Below, piece by piece: positions 10,848-24,327 of a stretch of 64,000 nt of DNA (within the stretch, counting starts at the first letter, position 1; every line of letters starts with the position of its first letter). Under the pieces are notes generated by a model, which was given only the letters and a program-made list of their open reading frames with translations, was not told where the DNA came from and made no database searches. A program made the position numbers and the translations under genes. The stretch comes from Hyphochytrium catenoides (taxonomy: Eukaryota > Protista > Hyphochytriomycota), in NCBI GenBank assembly GCA_900088475.1, contig FLMG01000742.1, forward strand, positions 1 to 64,000, in the 5' to 3' direction.

Positions 10848-13800
10848 GACAGACTGCTATGTACTAGTCCAGTTGACGGCGTCCAGCTTGTCGCGATGTC
10901 TCCTCTCTGCGTTGGAGGAGGAGGCTGACAATCAGCCCGTTCGGCACGAACAGGAGCAAGGCTAAAGAGAAGAAGAGTGCTTCGCTTCAAGTGGTGTCTT
11001 GCAGCATTTGGCCTTGGTGAGGAAATTGACTGCGTCAGTAGGCGCCAGAGGCGCAGAGTTAGTTTCTAATGGCGCTACTGCGGGCGGCGCTAGGCACTTT
11101 GCAGCGCGCCAACTCCTTGACTGTGAGCGGCACCAGTGCTCCTGGCATCATCAATCATCAGCCGTGTCGCGTAGGATTATCGCAGACAGGTCAGGGCTCA
11201 GGGCACTTCTCTGGGTCTGGACCTGCTAAGGTAAACCTGTAACCTTCTGCCTCCTCTTTGAAGCCAGCGCGGTGCTAGAGCTTTTGGCTCTTCATCAGTG
11301 TAGACAACATTCTGCTGCTTTCTCGGTCTCTTCCTCTTCCTCTTCCTGATGACACAACAACAACGGCCTCCAAGACATCTGGTCCATGGTTACCTGATAA
11401 TTCACCGCAACGGGAGAGTTGCTAGAAGCTGCTCGTAGTTAGTTTTATTTTGAAGGTATTCCGCGCCACCCCTACCAAGTATCTGCTTACTTCCCCATCA
11501 GGCTGAACATTATCCGCTACCTAATAAACGTCAGGCTTAGTCGGACTTTACTGAGACACCCGCTCTTCCTTATAATATTCCACCCTGGTCAAAGTATTCG
11601 CTTTCTGATGTGCGACCGTCTCAGGGTTGAGAGCCTACACCAAATAAGAAAGGGAGGGTTACTTTTTCTGCAGAAAGAAACGAGTCTGATGGAAAACAGA
11701 GCGGGAAAGAGATAGGGATATTATAATGGCCACCGCCAAATAAGCTAAGAAACAGAGTAAGAAGGAGCTGGAGAAGGTGGTAGAGTGAGAGGGGAATTTG
11801 CTGGGTAGCTTGGGCCACTGTGCTCCTCCTGCCTCCTTGTGGTGCACAATTGCGGCGCCACTTCCTATGAAAAAGCGAACAACTTGGTGTTTCCATAGTT
11901 TATCAAAGGCTTTGACTGCATGGCATACCCCGCTCAGCTCCTCTTCTCCCTTCCAGAGTGAGACCCACGGCATATTTGGTACCAGCGATGGGTGAGACAT
12001 TTGACAATTACTTTATAGAGAATAGATAATTGCAAAGGTAGGCGGGTAGGCTATTCTTAGGCGGTTGAGCAGAGAGAGTTGTGCAATCTTTCTTTCTCCT
12101 TCATAGAGTATTATTGTAGGGCCTTTGTAATTGTTCCTGCATTGAGAACACTTCCTAAATAACAGTGTGGTCGTGGACAGCTAGCCGGTACTGGCCAGTT
12201 GGCATTCATTCCACAAACACCTGTATAAAAGTCTATAAAAGTCCGAGTACTTGTAATCCCATACAAATGTGCGGAAGGAGGTAACTTGCGGCTCTACCGT
12301 TTTGCCCTTATTTAGAACTATATCTCAATAGTAGTAGAACGGTGCCTCAGTCGTCTCTAGTGCACAAACATCCCTAACTATGAATACTTTATTATTATAC
12401 TCTTGAGTTCCAAGAGTAATAATGCTATGACAACAGAAGGGGCTTGTTCGCCCCTCATCGACGAGAAGATGAATGTCGACGGTCAACGCGAGGCGGCGTC
12501 ACCATGAATCGCAATGACAGTGCCGATCTCAGATGACAAGAGTAGGAGGAGCCGTTGGCTGCGTACTATAAACTCTAGAGTAAGCTATTGCACTTCTACT
12601 TTGTTTCAGGGGATTGGTAGCGTCAGAGGCGAGGATGGATGGCAAGTGGTTCTAGGTCCTTCTTTATATAAAGATCCTGCTAACTAATAATAAGTCCTGT
12701 CGGCAGTACAGAAGTGAGAGAAGCACAGGACAGAAGGGTGGAGCTGATAATTCCCCTTTCTTAGGCTCACGATAGCTTGTCTCTGCATTTCCACAGCGCC
12801 ATTCTCTCCCGCTTCTTGTACAGTAGGATGGAAGCACTGCCGCTGGGAAGGAATGACGATTGATGCGTGCAGAAAGAGACTACTCTGTCCTCTTGTACGT
12901 CGAGCCAACCGGGAAGAACAGTGAAAGTGACTCAACAAAAAAGTTGCCTTTGCAAAGAAAACGATGTCGTAAGAAAATTGAGCTACCAAGAGTGTAGTTC
13001 TACTCCTTTGGATTAGGAGGTCAACTTTCTTATACCTCTATTATATATAATAAACTGTGGAAGGATAGAGATAAAGTGATGGGATGATGGGGTGGTGTAC
13101 CAGTGGAGGACGATAGGAGACAGGCGTAGCGTTCATACACACAGCTCCACAAGAACACAGGCGGTTAGCACGTAGTATCTACGGATCCCGAAGACGTTCT
13201 AGAGCTAGCTAAGCTGAGGGCTAAGATGTAAACGATTTTTGATGATCGAGGTTGTTGGATGCCTTGTGGTACAACTGCCGGAGAGTCTCCGCAGTTGGAA
13301 GGAATTTCTGGGCTGTTTGGCCTAACATGGTTCCCCCTCTGATCTGGAATAGAAGGCTGACATCCGTCATCGCTGGTACCGGACCCGAATCTAGTATTGG
13401 GAGATGTCTATGAACAAATGTATCATCATTTGGTGCGATCGACCCGACATTTGTGCATCCAGGGACTGCCGTAATGCTTATCTCGTCACCGCATCACCTT
13501 CAAGAAACTTTCCTAGTCCTGGCACCTACCACTGAGAGTTCTCACTCGGTGGGTGGTTCTTCCATAGCCCTCATCACCCCCGGTGACCACAGACTAGCCT
13601 GCTACCGGCTACGTCCCTGGCTGCGACGTGCTTTTCTCACAGGAGGAAACATACAATACTGTACTGCTTGTCTTCATCACAGCGTCCCAGCCCCATCAGG
13701 CTCTCTATTGGTAGGAAGTACTGATAGTGGCAGTACCGACAGCTGCATGAGCACCTGGCACTCCTGGAAGTGGAGACGGAAGGTTTGACTTTCAAGGCTG

Positions 13801-15250
13801 TCTTGCTGTCTCATCTTCGTCGTCTCAGTCGCACACTAGACTGTGTATCTTGTACCCTTTCGTGAGCACATGCTGATGACATAAGCATCCACACGAGGGC
13901 CGAAGAGAGAAGTCTCATCAGCAGCATCGCTCTCCTGGGCTACCGTTATTATTTATAATTATCAAAGTGCCGGAACGGTGAACTATACCATGACTGAGTT
14001 CATGCATGCGATCGCTCGTAAAAGACAGGCGGCAGCCCTTTGTTATACGCCATCATGCTCATGGAATGGTAGGTCCTCTTCTAGGCTGCTTCAATGCACG
14101 CAGTACGAAGATGGAACGCGTCCACCACCCTTCTTCTCTCCTATTCTCTTGTGTTTCAGGATACGCCTTCCCTTTTTTCTTTGCCTTTTGCTTGTCTGGA
14201 CTAGAGCAAAAAGTACGAGAGAAAGCTGTACAACCGAGGTGACGTTGTTGGGCTTGAAAGTCTATGTGTGCCTCCTTGGAGCGACAGAGTGTGAATCTAT
14301 TTCTGTGTATGGGCATGTTCGGCTCATTATCTCAATAATACCTATTTCTTCCCGAAAGTCGGTAGACTACTAAGGATGAGGCGGGAGAGAGGAAATCTTT
14401 ATTAGCACGAACAGCAGGAGTTCTTTTTTCTATATAGGGTTTTCCTGAATGGCTCCAGCCTCCGGTGATCAACTTGAGAAACAGTACGAACATCTTCACA
14501 GGAGATATGAACAGCTGTTGGCATCACAATGGTGTCTAACATCTCTTCAGCCATCATAATAAAGAGCGTGGGAGATCTCACCGACCGCTCTGTTTGACTG
14601 ACATAGTCCAGTGAGAATACCATCATTCCGGTGTTCTCCTCGTGTCGACCAATAAATCTATTATGGGGCTTGTTTCAGATGCTCCTGCAGAGTAAACAGA
14701 GACCGTGGCAAGCGACAAGTCATAGCCTTCTAGGGCTGGGCGCCATCCGGTATTGATCTTTTTGAACTAGAGTGTAAGGCTGTGACGGGTGTTCAGGCTT
14801 GTCCTCGACAGGAAGCCGACATGCATGTCAAAGCCCTAGATCTCAAAGCCTAGTTATGCAAGTTTATTATAAATCAAAGTAAAACTTGATGTCACTCAGT
14901 GACATGTCTTCTCCCAAAAGTTATGACAAGCAAATTTTCCATCAGGAAAAATGAAGATGACGAGGATAGTAGATAAGAGCGCCGGTGCAGGACGGCCTGC
15001 CTCCAGCTACCACCGGTGTGGCTCCAATAAAGGTGACTGCTTCCGGTAGCTTACATGTTATAATGTACGTCTGGAAAGGGATGGTAGGACTTGACCAGCC
15101 TTCTTTACCGAGAGAGAGGAGAGAAGAGTCTAAGCGCTCACTATCACAGCAGTCCTTTCCCAACGTCGCCCATATTATATTCCTAGCAGTTGAGAGGCGA
15201 GGATGTCTTCTGGCGTGGTCAGCCTCTCACACGACAAGTCACTATCCTTA

Positions 15251-18200
15251 CTACGAGGTGCCCGGTTGCAATGCACTGCCTAGCCCTTGGCGCGTGGTGG
15301 CTGCCCCTTTTTCTCCTGGCCCATCGAGGGTTAGGGAAGAAGGTGTCAGGGGAGTGTTTGGTAGTACGGCCTTTGGTGATGGTAGTGGAGGCAGTGCTCG
15401 CCGGCCATCGATCTTTCCTGGAGATGAGGAGATGGGCCTCTCCACTTCAGCACCCTTGCTGTCGATGGATGCTCTCAGTTCCTTGCTAGCTGCTGTCGCT
15501 ACGACTCGTTTTTTAGATCCTCCACTAGCTTGAACGGTGCCGTCACCTCGGGCACTCTTCTTCTTGGCCCGTCGTCCGCTACCAGTGATGCTACTGATGG
15601 ATGAGGTCAGAACTATGAACTCGTCCGGCCAATATATGGTAGAGACCAGGGTCCTAATAGTGAATATGACTATGGTGAGCAGAGTATCCAATGTGTAGCT
15701 GCCTGCTGTCCACGACCACGTGCTGTTTAGAATTCGGACAGTCTCGAGCTTGTGTGGGTCTCTTGCGTAAGACTCCGTGAGATACACCAGAGCCCACAGC
15801 TGAACTAGAAAGTGCCCGAAGACAACATAGCTATAGGTTCTCCGCAAAAAGAGATCCCCAAAGAAGCAGTCCGCGAATGGTACGATCCCTATGTACATGC
15901 AGATGACACCAATCACCGGGAGGAGTCTATTATGGGAAGTACATTTTGCAGAAAACGGTTGCGGGATGGCTTCGTCAGTATCAACCAAGGACAGGTTCAG
16001 GACCAGAGAATGAAGTCAAAAGGATCGAAGGAGATTGAAGAGATACAGCTAAGCTATCAGGTGTAACACCCACTAGATGGAAGTGGTAATCATTCATTTG
16101 CTCGTGCTCCCTGTACTGACCTTGAATCCCATCGTAGAAGAACGCCTGAGAAGATGAGGAAGGTGATTCCAAGATAGAGCAGATACCAGGTCTCGAAGTA
16201 GAAGAGGAGCTTGTAGGAAATGATGACGTTCGCGTAGCGCAGCCACATTGCACAGAATATGGAGAGGGAAAGTGCCAGGGAAGTTACTCGGAACTCAAAG
16301 CCTGGGTCCCAGATGACGGTCGACAGAGACAGCATTGTGGTGACCACGCAAAGCGCATGCATAAGGGTGCGCGAGCCATCCAGAAACTTTCTCAGTCCGA
16401 GGATGGTCTCTTTGTATGGATCCCTTGCTAGCGGACCCTTCTGCGTCAGGACTAACAAAAGATCTTTCTCGGCCTCCATGACAAATGAGCGGTCAAAGTA
16501 GCTAATGCTTTCGTCAGCTATGATAAGGTACCTACAAGATCAGAAAACGTAAGACGTAAGAAGGGAAACTGAGAGAGTGGCCCTGACCAAACGGGAACGA
16601 AAAATGGTGCATATGAGAACCAGACAGCCCAGAAGATGAGATAGGTAGATGGGGCAAAAAGACAGAGGCAGTGTCTTAAGCATTTTAGAGAGTTACTTGT
16701 GTCTGGAGGGGAGATGGGGTGCAGAACACCCCTGCTGCTGGCAGGGCACAAGGGTCAGAGATTTGGAGACAGTAGAAAGCGGCAGACAACTGTAGGGACC
16801 CCACTGGTGGCCAGACCGCTGCTGCTCGGGCAGCACACCTCTTCTTCTCTTTCCCACTATGAAAGCTTACCTGTTTTTTGGGGCTATCAACTGCCTAATG
16901 TTATCAAGAGGAGGAACCAGGTTTCCTCCGACTGGATCTGCTTGTTGGGATCTATTGCTGGTGGCCAGGCTTAAAATTCCGGAGCTCTGTTGCTCAAACC
17001 TATTGCTGCTATCGATGGCTGGAGAAGACGACGCTGCCGTTGTTTGTAGGAGGGGTGAAGGCTTTGAAATTGAAGAGGAGGAGAGAGCGTCTGCTATTTG
17101 ACTTTTGCGGTCAACAGGGGCACCATTACTAGTACCATCCCGGCCATCGCTCTTCCTCTTGTGTTGCCTTTTCTGTGCAGCAACTTCTTCTTCTCTCTTC
17201 CTGACCTTCTCAGGTGAATCGCCTGTGACTCTCTTGAAGCGGATGGGGCACCGGATAAGCATAAATCTGTTCGTCGCATAGAAGCCATTGGCGGTATAGC
17301 GCAGCGAGAAGATTGTAGCAGTGAAGAGGGCGTTGGAGGCGAAGACCCGAGGTCTGACTGGAATGCCCCAAAGTTGGATTGCGTCTACCTGAGTGCCTTC
17401 ATACGAAGACAGCTGGAGGATAAGCCCTAACCTGTAGAGAAGGAGGAGAGTAAGGTGAGTGTGGTCACAACGACGTTAAGACATAAGTCAGTGCTTGGGT
17501 TTATGGATGAATATATGGCAGGTAAGGGCAAGGACATTTGCACTTGCTGATCAAACTTAGAGATCTGGGAAGGAGAATAATATAACATGAGGTAGGCAGG
17601 TTAAGAGATAGATGACCAGCCATCGAATTGGTGATATCAGACACCCAGATGGCGATAGCATTGTTATAGACGGTAGTGGACGTAGCCAAGTGTCTATCAA
17701 CCCGTGGCAAGAGTAAGACGGTCCTACTAATGCATTAGACGCCCACTGGCGTGGCATCATAAGCTCGGCGTACCTGCAATATACGAAAGCAGACAAGAAA
17801 GCTGCGCAGATGAAAAACGCCCTTCTCACTTTGGTTCTGTTTGTTTTCAACGGATGTCCATCCAGTGAATAGTTGTATAAGGTGCACCAGAAGGCGTAGG
17901 AGGCTATTGTCGAGAACCTCCAATCCCATTGTAAGCCTAGCCCCAGCGCATAGACTACCGGGATGACCTGTGGGATAAGGTACCGAAACTCAAAGGAGCT
18001 CCAAACCATGGAAAGGATCGGATAACTGAAGTCTGGTACAGCGTTCAGCATGACTGAAAAGGCTAGCACTACAGAAAGAAGGCCGAACCACGGACAGAGA
18101 GGATGTTCAGGCAGTTCTATAGCTGCCCAAAAGATGGCTTCGCTGGATATGAAGAGGACCGGAGACAGAAGGTCGATCATCTTTTTTAATCGAGAACCGC

Positions 18201-18615
18201 GGTAACAGTTGAAGTACCAGCGGCTCAGCCAAGCAGGAAACAGAAGCCGGCTAACACTTTCGTCCGAGGAATACTCCGGTCGTCTCATTACTCCTGGCTC
18301 TAGCGTGTACCAGACCTTCTCCTCACTATTTACATACTTTATCTTGTCCTTCAGCTGGTACGGCCGCCTTTCCACCTCTTGCCTACTGTCTCGGACGTAG
18401 GTGAAGCTGGTAGTGGCCTCATCTTCCTCGCCTGCTAGTTTTTCAGCGAGGGCTGTAAGGTGCTCCTTCGCTTCATGCTGGGCGTACCAGCCACTGAGGC
18501 TTCGAGACGGTGGACATAGTTCTCGGTCAGAACTTTTGTCCTCAGTGCTGGAGGCGCTCTCCTCCGGAGCGACCTTGTTGGAGGATAAGGTTGATGTTGA
18601 CGGGCTCTTTCTCAT
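15251..18615 (-). CDS. Polytopic membrane protein with two homologous multi-TM halves; 4 exons (18615-17774, 17431-16871, 16501-16121, 15926-15251), 819 aa
   Basis: The exons join in frame through canonical GT-AG sites (842+561+381+676=2460 nt). Both halves carry FE.[RW]YL...L.WD.R...D (SFEFRYLIPQ..LQWDWRFS..SLDG; YFETWYLLYL..LRWDSRLL..FADC), separated by a Ser/Lys-rich linker. Confidence 0.8.
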
Positions 18616-19419
18616 GGTGTGCCTCCTTGTCCTACTTCAAACATGATGCTGTTTGCCGAAGAATCTTTGAGGGTCCACATAGCCCGTGTTAGTGCTGCGG
18701 GAGGAAGCTCCACCGCTTGTCGGTGGCGGATGTCGTCACCAGCAAGCCTATTATCGCCCCCAGCAAGGAGAATTAACAGTGTAACACTACCCTCGCGGGC
18801 GAGAAGATGAGCTATTGCCACTGCTCTAAAATTTGTCGCCACATTCACTAAAAGAGATTTCTTCTCCTTAGGCTACCGTTCTCCACCTCTCCTCTTCCAT
18901 TGGTTCCGTAAAAAGATGTTGAAGGAGAAGATAAGCCAGCAGCGACTTAGGTCCGTTGCAAGCCCAACACAGAATTGGTACGGTAGCGGAGACGGTGGGT
19001 AAGGAGAGAGGTTAGAATGATTGCATGGCAATGCGACCGCTCCTCGATTGACGAAGCCGGTGTGGCTTTGACAGCTGCTTGTTATGAAGAAGCAGGCTCT
19101 TTGGGGCGATCTGACTAGCTCTAACTAGTGTCCGAGCACTATCCGAGTCTCTGGTGGCTTTTAGAGCAGAAGCAGCTCAGGTATTGGAGAACCAGCAGCT
19201 CAAGACGAGCAACCAGCAAAAGTGCGTCATGCAGAGCAGATGGTGTGCAATGTAATTGGGGCGGCGCAGCAGTGTCAATACCACCCTAAAGTTCAATCCA
19301 ATAAAGAGGAAGGAGATGTTGCTAGTCTCCGGAGAAAAGATCAAGCAGCAGGTCCTTAATCCAGCCGCAGATGCACTAGCGGCACTGCTCACAAAAAGGT
19401 TGACCCGCCTAGAGCGTAA

Positions 19420-19471
19420 AAAGAGAGAGAGAGAGAGGGATAGAGAGAGAGAGAGAGGGATAGAGACAGAG

Positions 19472-19506
<35 letters not shown>

Positions 19507-20207
19507 GGGGGAGAGAAAAGAGAGAGTAGAGAAGAGGAGAGGGAGAGGGTGCAGCAAAAGAGGAGAGCAGCAGCAGGTGGGAGGAGAGAAGTGGTCTGCC
19601 CGCTGGTGATGGGTTTGGGGCTTGGTAGTAAAGAGGAGGGTCTGCTGCTGCTGCTGCTGTTACTGACGTTGTTCCCCTCTTCTGCCTCTGTCTCCCTCCT
19701 CCGTAGCTCTCCCCCTCCTTCCCCTTTCTTCCCTGTGCGAAGCCGTTACAAGCTGTCCTTGGGACGAAATTGACTGTCAAATATCATCAAATATCGGTAT
19801 AATTAACAAAGGGTGATGGTTCTTCCTGAGTTTGAGGACAGTATTCACAGAATCAGACAATTGACCAATCGTCAAAACTTGATGCTTGACACAGATGTGA
19901 GAAAAAAAAGTGTTGTCTATTTTTTAATCGGACTGGAAGAACCAACCACAAAATTCATTAATTCACATTCTAAAGACTGTGAACAAAGCAGACACGAAGA
20001 GAAACTTCACCATGTGGGTCTTTCTGACCCGTTTTCCTGACAAGGTCCAATCTTTATGTCTTGTCTGTCTGTCCTGCTGAAATCATGCGCTCCCTGCTCG
20101 TGGGAGTTCTCTCTCTCTCACTCTCTCTCATTATCTCTCTCTCTCTCTCNNNNNNNNNNNNNNNNNNNNNNNNNNNNNNNNNNNNNNNNNNNNNNNNNNN
20201 NNNNNNN

Positions 20208-20244
<37 letters not shown>

Positions 20245-20531
20245 GTCTCTCTCTCTCACTGTTGTCATCTGCCTGTTATTGTCATCTGCCTCTCTCTCTT
20301 TCTCTCTCTCTCTTTTTGTTATATTGTCTCTCTCTTTGTTATCATCATCTGCCTCTCTGTCACTCCTCCTGTCTCTTGTCATATGCCTCTTTCTCTCTCG
20401 CTCTGTCTAAAGTCGTCTCCTTCTCTCTCGCCCTCTGTCTAAAGTCACCTGCCTCTCTGTCTCCTCTCTGTCTCTTCTCGTCGGCCTCTCTTATATCTCT
20501 TTCTCTCGCATTCCTCTCTTCCGTTCCTCTG

Positions 20532-20580
<49 letters not shown>
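19420..20580. repeat. (GA)n and (CT)n microsatellite/low-complexity blocks
   Basis: GA run at 19420-19545; CT-rich block at 20108-20580 with an N gap at 20150-20207. Confidence 0.9.
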
Positions 20581-20582
<2 letters not shown>

Positions 20583-20926
20583 ACAAAGTGAGACAGAGCT
20601 ACTCTTCTGCTTGATGTCTTCCCTCTGCTGATGAGTGGGCCCCAAGTTGAAGGAGGAGGGCCTTGAGCTGTTGGTCTCTGTCCTCGCGCTGACCGGACGA
20701 CACTATCATCACTACTCATCCTGCCCTGTTGATACGATCAAGCTGCGGGGTAATACAAGGACACTGCCGGCGGCTGGAGGGGCACTAGGACACGTGCTAG
20801 AGACTGCGGTGCTGAGCTCCATTGCGAACAACAGCTTCTCCTCCACAGTCTCTCCTCACACTCCAGTCCAGGCGCTGGGTGATCCTGGAAGTTCAGCGTG
20901 GCCCTCTGAGCTCTTTTACCGCTTAG

Positions 20927-23900
20927 AATAGACTAGAGAAGAAGGAAAATGGGGACACGGTTGCTGAAGACAAGCGTCGAAGCTGCAGCTGTCGGCTGCG
21001 CTACTCTCTTCGTGGTCCCATCATTCACTCAGTCGGGTTGGGACAGTTGGAGTTCCTGAACCCGGGAGAGCTAGGAGTAGACAGCAAAGGAAGGATTCTC
21101 TTTTTGAGGAGAATGGATAGTCAGACCTCAGCAGGTACGAGGAGAGCCATGCACCTTATTAGGAGAAGTCGAGGGAAGGGCCGGTGGGCTTTGAAGAAGA
21201 GCGGTACCTAAGTTGTAGGACGAGTGGGCACGGAAGAGTCATAAGAGGATGAACTTCGTTCCGTTGACATGGTGATCGAGGAGGAGCCCTAAGGCCTCAT
21301 GAGAATAAAAGCTAACCAGCCGACGATGAAAAGAGATAGAAAGGGAGATAGACAACCGAGAGATTAGAAAGACAGGACCAGAAGGGGAGAGGGATAACGG
21401 GTAAGGAGAAGCTTAGAGCAATTCCAAACTTCAAATTAGCGAAGTTAAGAGCAGAGGTTGACTGTTTATCCTGCTAATAGGGAACGAGGACAGTGCCGTC
21501 ACAGGCGACTCTCCGACGGGTTGCAAGGTGAGCCTGCCCTAAAGCGATACACGTTTAGCTCGTGACGTCCATCTAAAGTAGTGGACCTTCCGTGGTCTTC
21601 AGGGAGATCATGCTTTTCTCTTGGTATCGTGACTCCACCCTCTTGCATATATGCTATTGCGGTCTTCTTCTTATGTCATAGGGACCTCTTTTGGCCGTTC
21701 TTCTCTCTTTCTATCCGTTTTGTCTCTATGCTAACGTCTCTGGGTCTCTCCTGGTAGGTGGTCAACCTAGGACATCGGATCTTAATACCTGGCTTCATCG
21801 ACGGACATACTCACGCGCCTCAGGCTTCCTTTGCGGGCCTCGGGATGGAGCTTCAGTTACTCGATTGGCTTAACCAGTTCACGTTCCCAAGGGAATCAAG
21901 GTGAGCGCGCAGTTTCGAATAGTGAAAAGGATATGCTTGCCTTCCTCACTCTTGGAGCGCTGGTCGTATTGTGCTTTCATGCGCTTCATAGGTCGGCATT
22001 GCTGCCGTCTCTTCTGGGCTTCAGCCTGTCGTTACGGTTTCTCCTGCCTATTTCCTCCAATTGATCTTTGTAAACTATGTTTGAATGGCGACCCCTCCTG
22101 TCGTAGGCTTACCCTCCTCATCAGTAAACAAACTTCTCATCTCTTCTGCTCTCCTTTCCTGCCTCGCTCAGGTTCTCTGACCTCAAATACGCGGAGCAGG
22201 TCTATAGAAAGGTAGTGAAGCGTCACATCGCTTGCGGCACTACCACCTGCTCGTACTTTGCCACAATCCACCTAGAGGCCTCCAAACTTCTCTGTGACAT
22301 CGTTAAAGAATATGGACAGAGAGGATTTATAGGAAAGGTCAATATGGATAGGAACTCTCCTGACTATTACGTCGAGGAGACGAAGAAGAGCATTGAGGAC
22401 ACGGAAGCTTTTGTCTCTTATGCTTTGGCGGAGGAGAGAAGAGATCTCATCACCCCTGTCATCACTCCCCGGTTTGTCCCCAGCGTGACGCCAGCATTGA
22501 TGACCGCTCTTAGCAACATATCCAAGAAGTTTGACCCTGTTCTTCCTGTCCAGTCACATATGGGAGAGAATCCACGTACGCCAATTAACGCGTATCTTCT
22601 CTATCCGGAAGTCTTTTTCTTGCTAGGCTTTCCGCTCAGCGTTCGTCTCTGATGCATGAGGCTCCATGTCGACTTGTGCGGAAATTTCCTCTCTGGGCCC
22701 GGTCCCGCAAATCGATTTCTCCTCTTGTTCTCTCCCTCACCCGTCTCCAAGCTAACTTCATCGCTGCACCGCAGGGGAATGCTCGTGGGTCCTGCAACTG
22801 CACCCCGAGTGCAATTCGTATGCAGATGTCTACGACAAGTATGGACTCCTTCACCATCGCACCTACATGGCCCACTGCATCTACTGCTCAAAGGATGAGA
22901 GACAGCTGCTCGCTACCAGAGGATCTGGAGTTATTCACTGTCCAAACTCTAATTTCCACCTAAGCAGCGGGGTGTTGAATGTAAAGAGGATGATCGCTGA
23001 AGGCGTAAAAGTTGGTGAGTTTGCAAATAGATTGCAAGACGAAACAAGAAGTCAAACAGTTTGAAGGAGGGGCTCTTGGTTTGTCCGGAGTAGGAGTAAG
23101 AACGGGTAAAATGAGGCTGGGCCTGTGTTCGACGAAAGGGAAACTAGATAAAGTTCTTATGATTGATCTCGTGCCTACTTGCAGGACTGGGAACCGATGT
23201 GTCTGGAGGCTTTTCATCATCCATTTTGGACGCTATCCGCAATTCTCTGACAGCGTCAAAACTTGTCTCAATCAATCATGGTGAGCATGAGTCATCCTTT
23301 ACCGGGGCCTCGAGGCAGCAACATGGGGCCCCCTTGCCAGTCTCTCTTCCTCTTTAGTTAACGCTTTCGCGGTGACGTCCGTTGTTACACATTCCATAAT
23401 TCAATAATGCTGGCTAAGTGCCGAGCGTCTAATCTGTGCCCGCTCCCTGGTGCAGATAGTTTGCCAGAGGCTGCAGCAGACGGCAGCCCAGGAGACTGGG
23501 AGAGTCTTACCGTGGAGGAAGCCTTCCACCTTGCCACAGTTGGAGGGGCGGAGTGTCTGGGTTTAGAGGATCAAGTAGGCAACTTTATGGTAAGCGAAGG
23601 TGCCTAATCTTACAGTGCTATCAGGGTATCACTGTTTCTTACAAGGATGTATGTTCTTTCCTTTGGTGTTGCCAAGTATCAGCTCTTATTGCGTTTTGGC
23701 TCTCTTCCGTCCCTTGCAAGCTCTTCTTGCTCTTGCTAATCTGATCTTCTTCCGACCTTCGCAGGAAGGAAAGTTCTTTGACGCTCTTGTGATCAACGCC
23801 CGAGTGCCAGACAGCCCGATTGACCTCTACGAAGAGGACAGCACATATGACGAGTTTCATAAATTTCTTTTCAATGGAGATGATAGGAACATTGAGCAGG

Positions 23901-23932
23901 TTTACGTCGCTGGGCGGAAGATAAAGGGCTAG
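20927..23932 (+). CDS. GDA: Guanine deaminase (amidohydrolase superfamily), at least 8 exons; start codon not resolved
   Basis: Spliced translation gives LRGPIIHS..LEFL..LGVDSKGRI, LIPGFIDGHTHAPQ (metal-binding HxH), LLDWLNQFTFPRE, GTTTCSYFATIH, GKVNMDRNSPDYY, ITPRFVPS, QSHMGEN, MAHCI, HCPNSN, VGLGTDVSGG, AFHLATVGGA, GKFFDAL and GDDRNIEQVYVAG; TAG at 23930-23932. Confidence 0.93.
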
Positions 23933-24327
23933 GACCAGCAATAGGGCACTAGGTGAGAAAAGATAAGGCCAGAGGGTGTTGGTATGGCGGACAGGACGCT
24001 CAAATATACAGCCATCACAAGCTAGCTTTGGCTGCAAGTGCATCTGCATCAGACTGACGATTGTGACGGCCCGAAGCCATAAACATGTGAATAGCCACAT
24101 GACATGCACTCCAAGCCATGACATAATAGAGTAGATAAACTAAAAACAACTAGAAAGGGTGTAGGTAGCGTTACTAAAAATATATAAAGCTAAGTTGTAA
24201 ACACATCTATCTATTTATCTCTCCTCCTATCCACTGCCAACAATGCCATATCTACGATTGAGAGATTAAGCAGAGTAGAACAAAGAAGCCAAGGCTTCTC
24301 AATCATGCTTCCGAATCAATGGCATCT

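Noticed and set aside
11000-14900. Short ORFs between the mucin and membrane-protein genes as transposon remnants
   Set aside because: No RT, integrase, transposase or terminal-repeat signature could be recognised; left unannotated.
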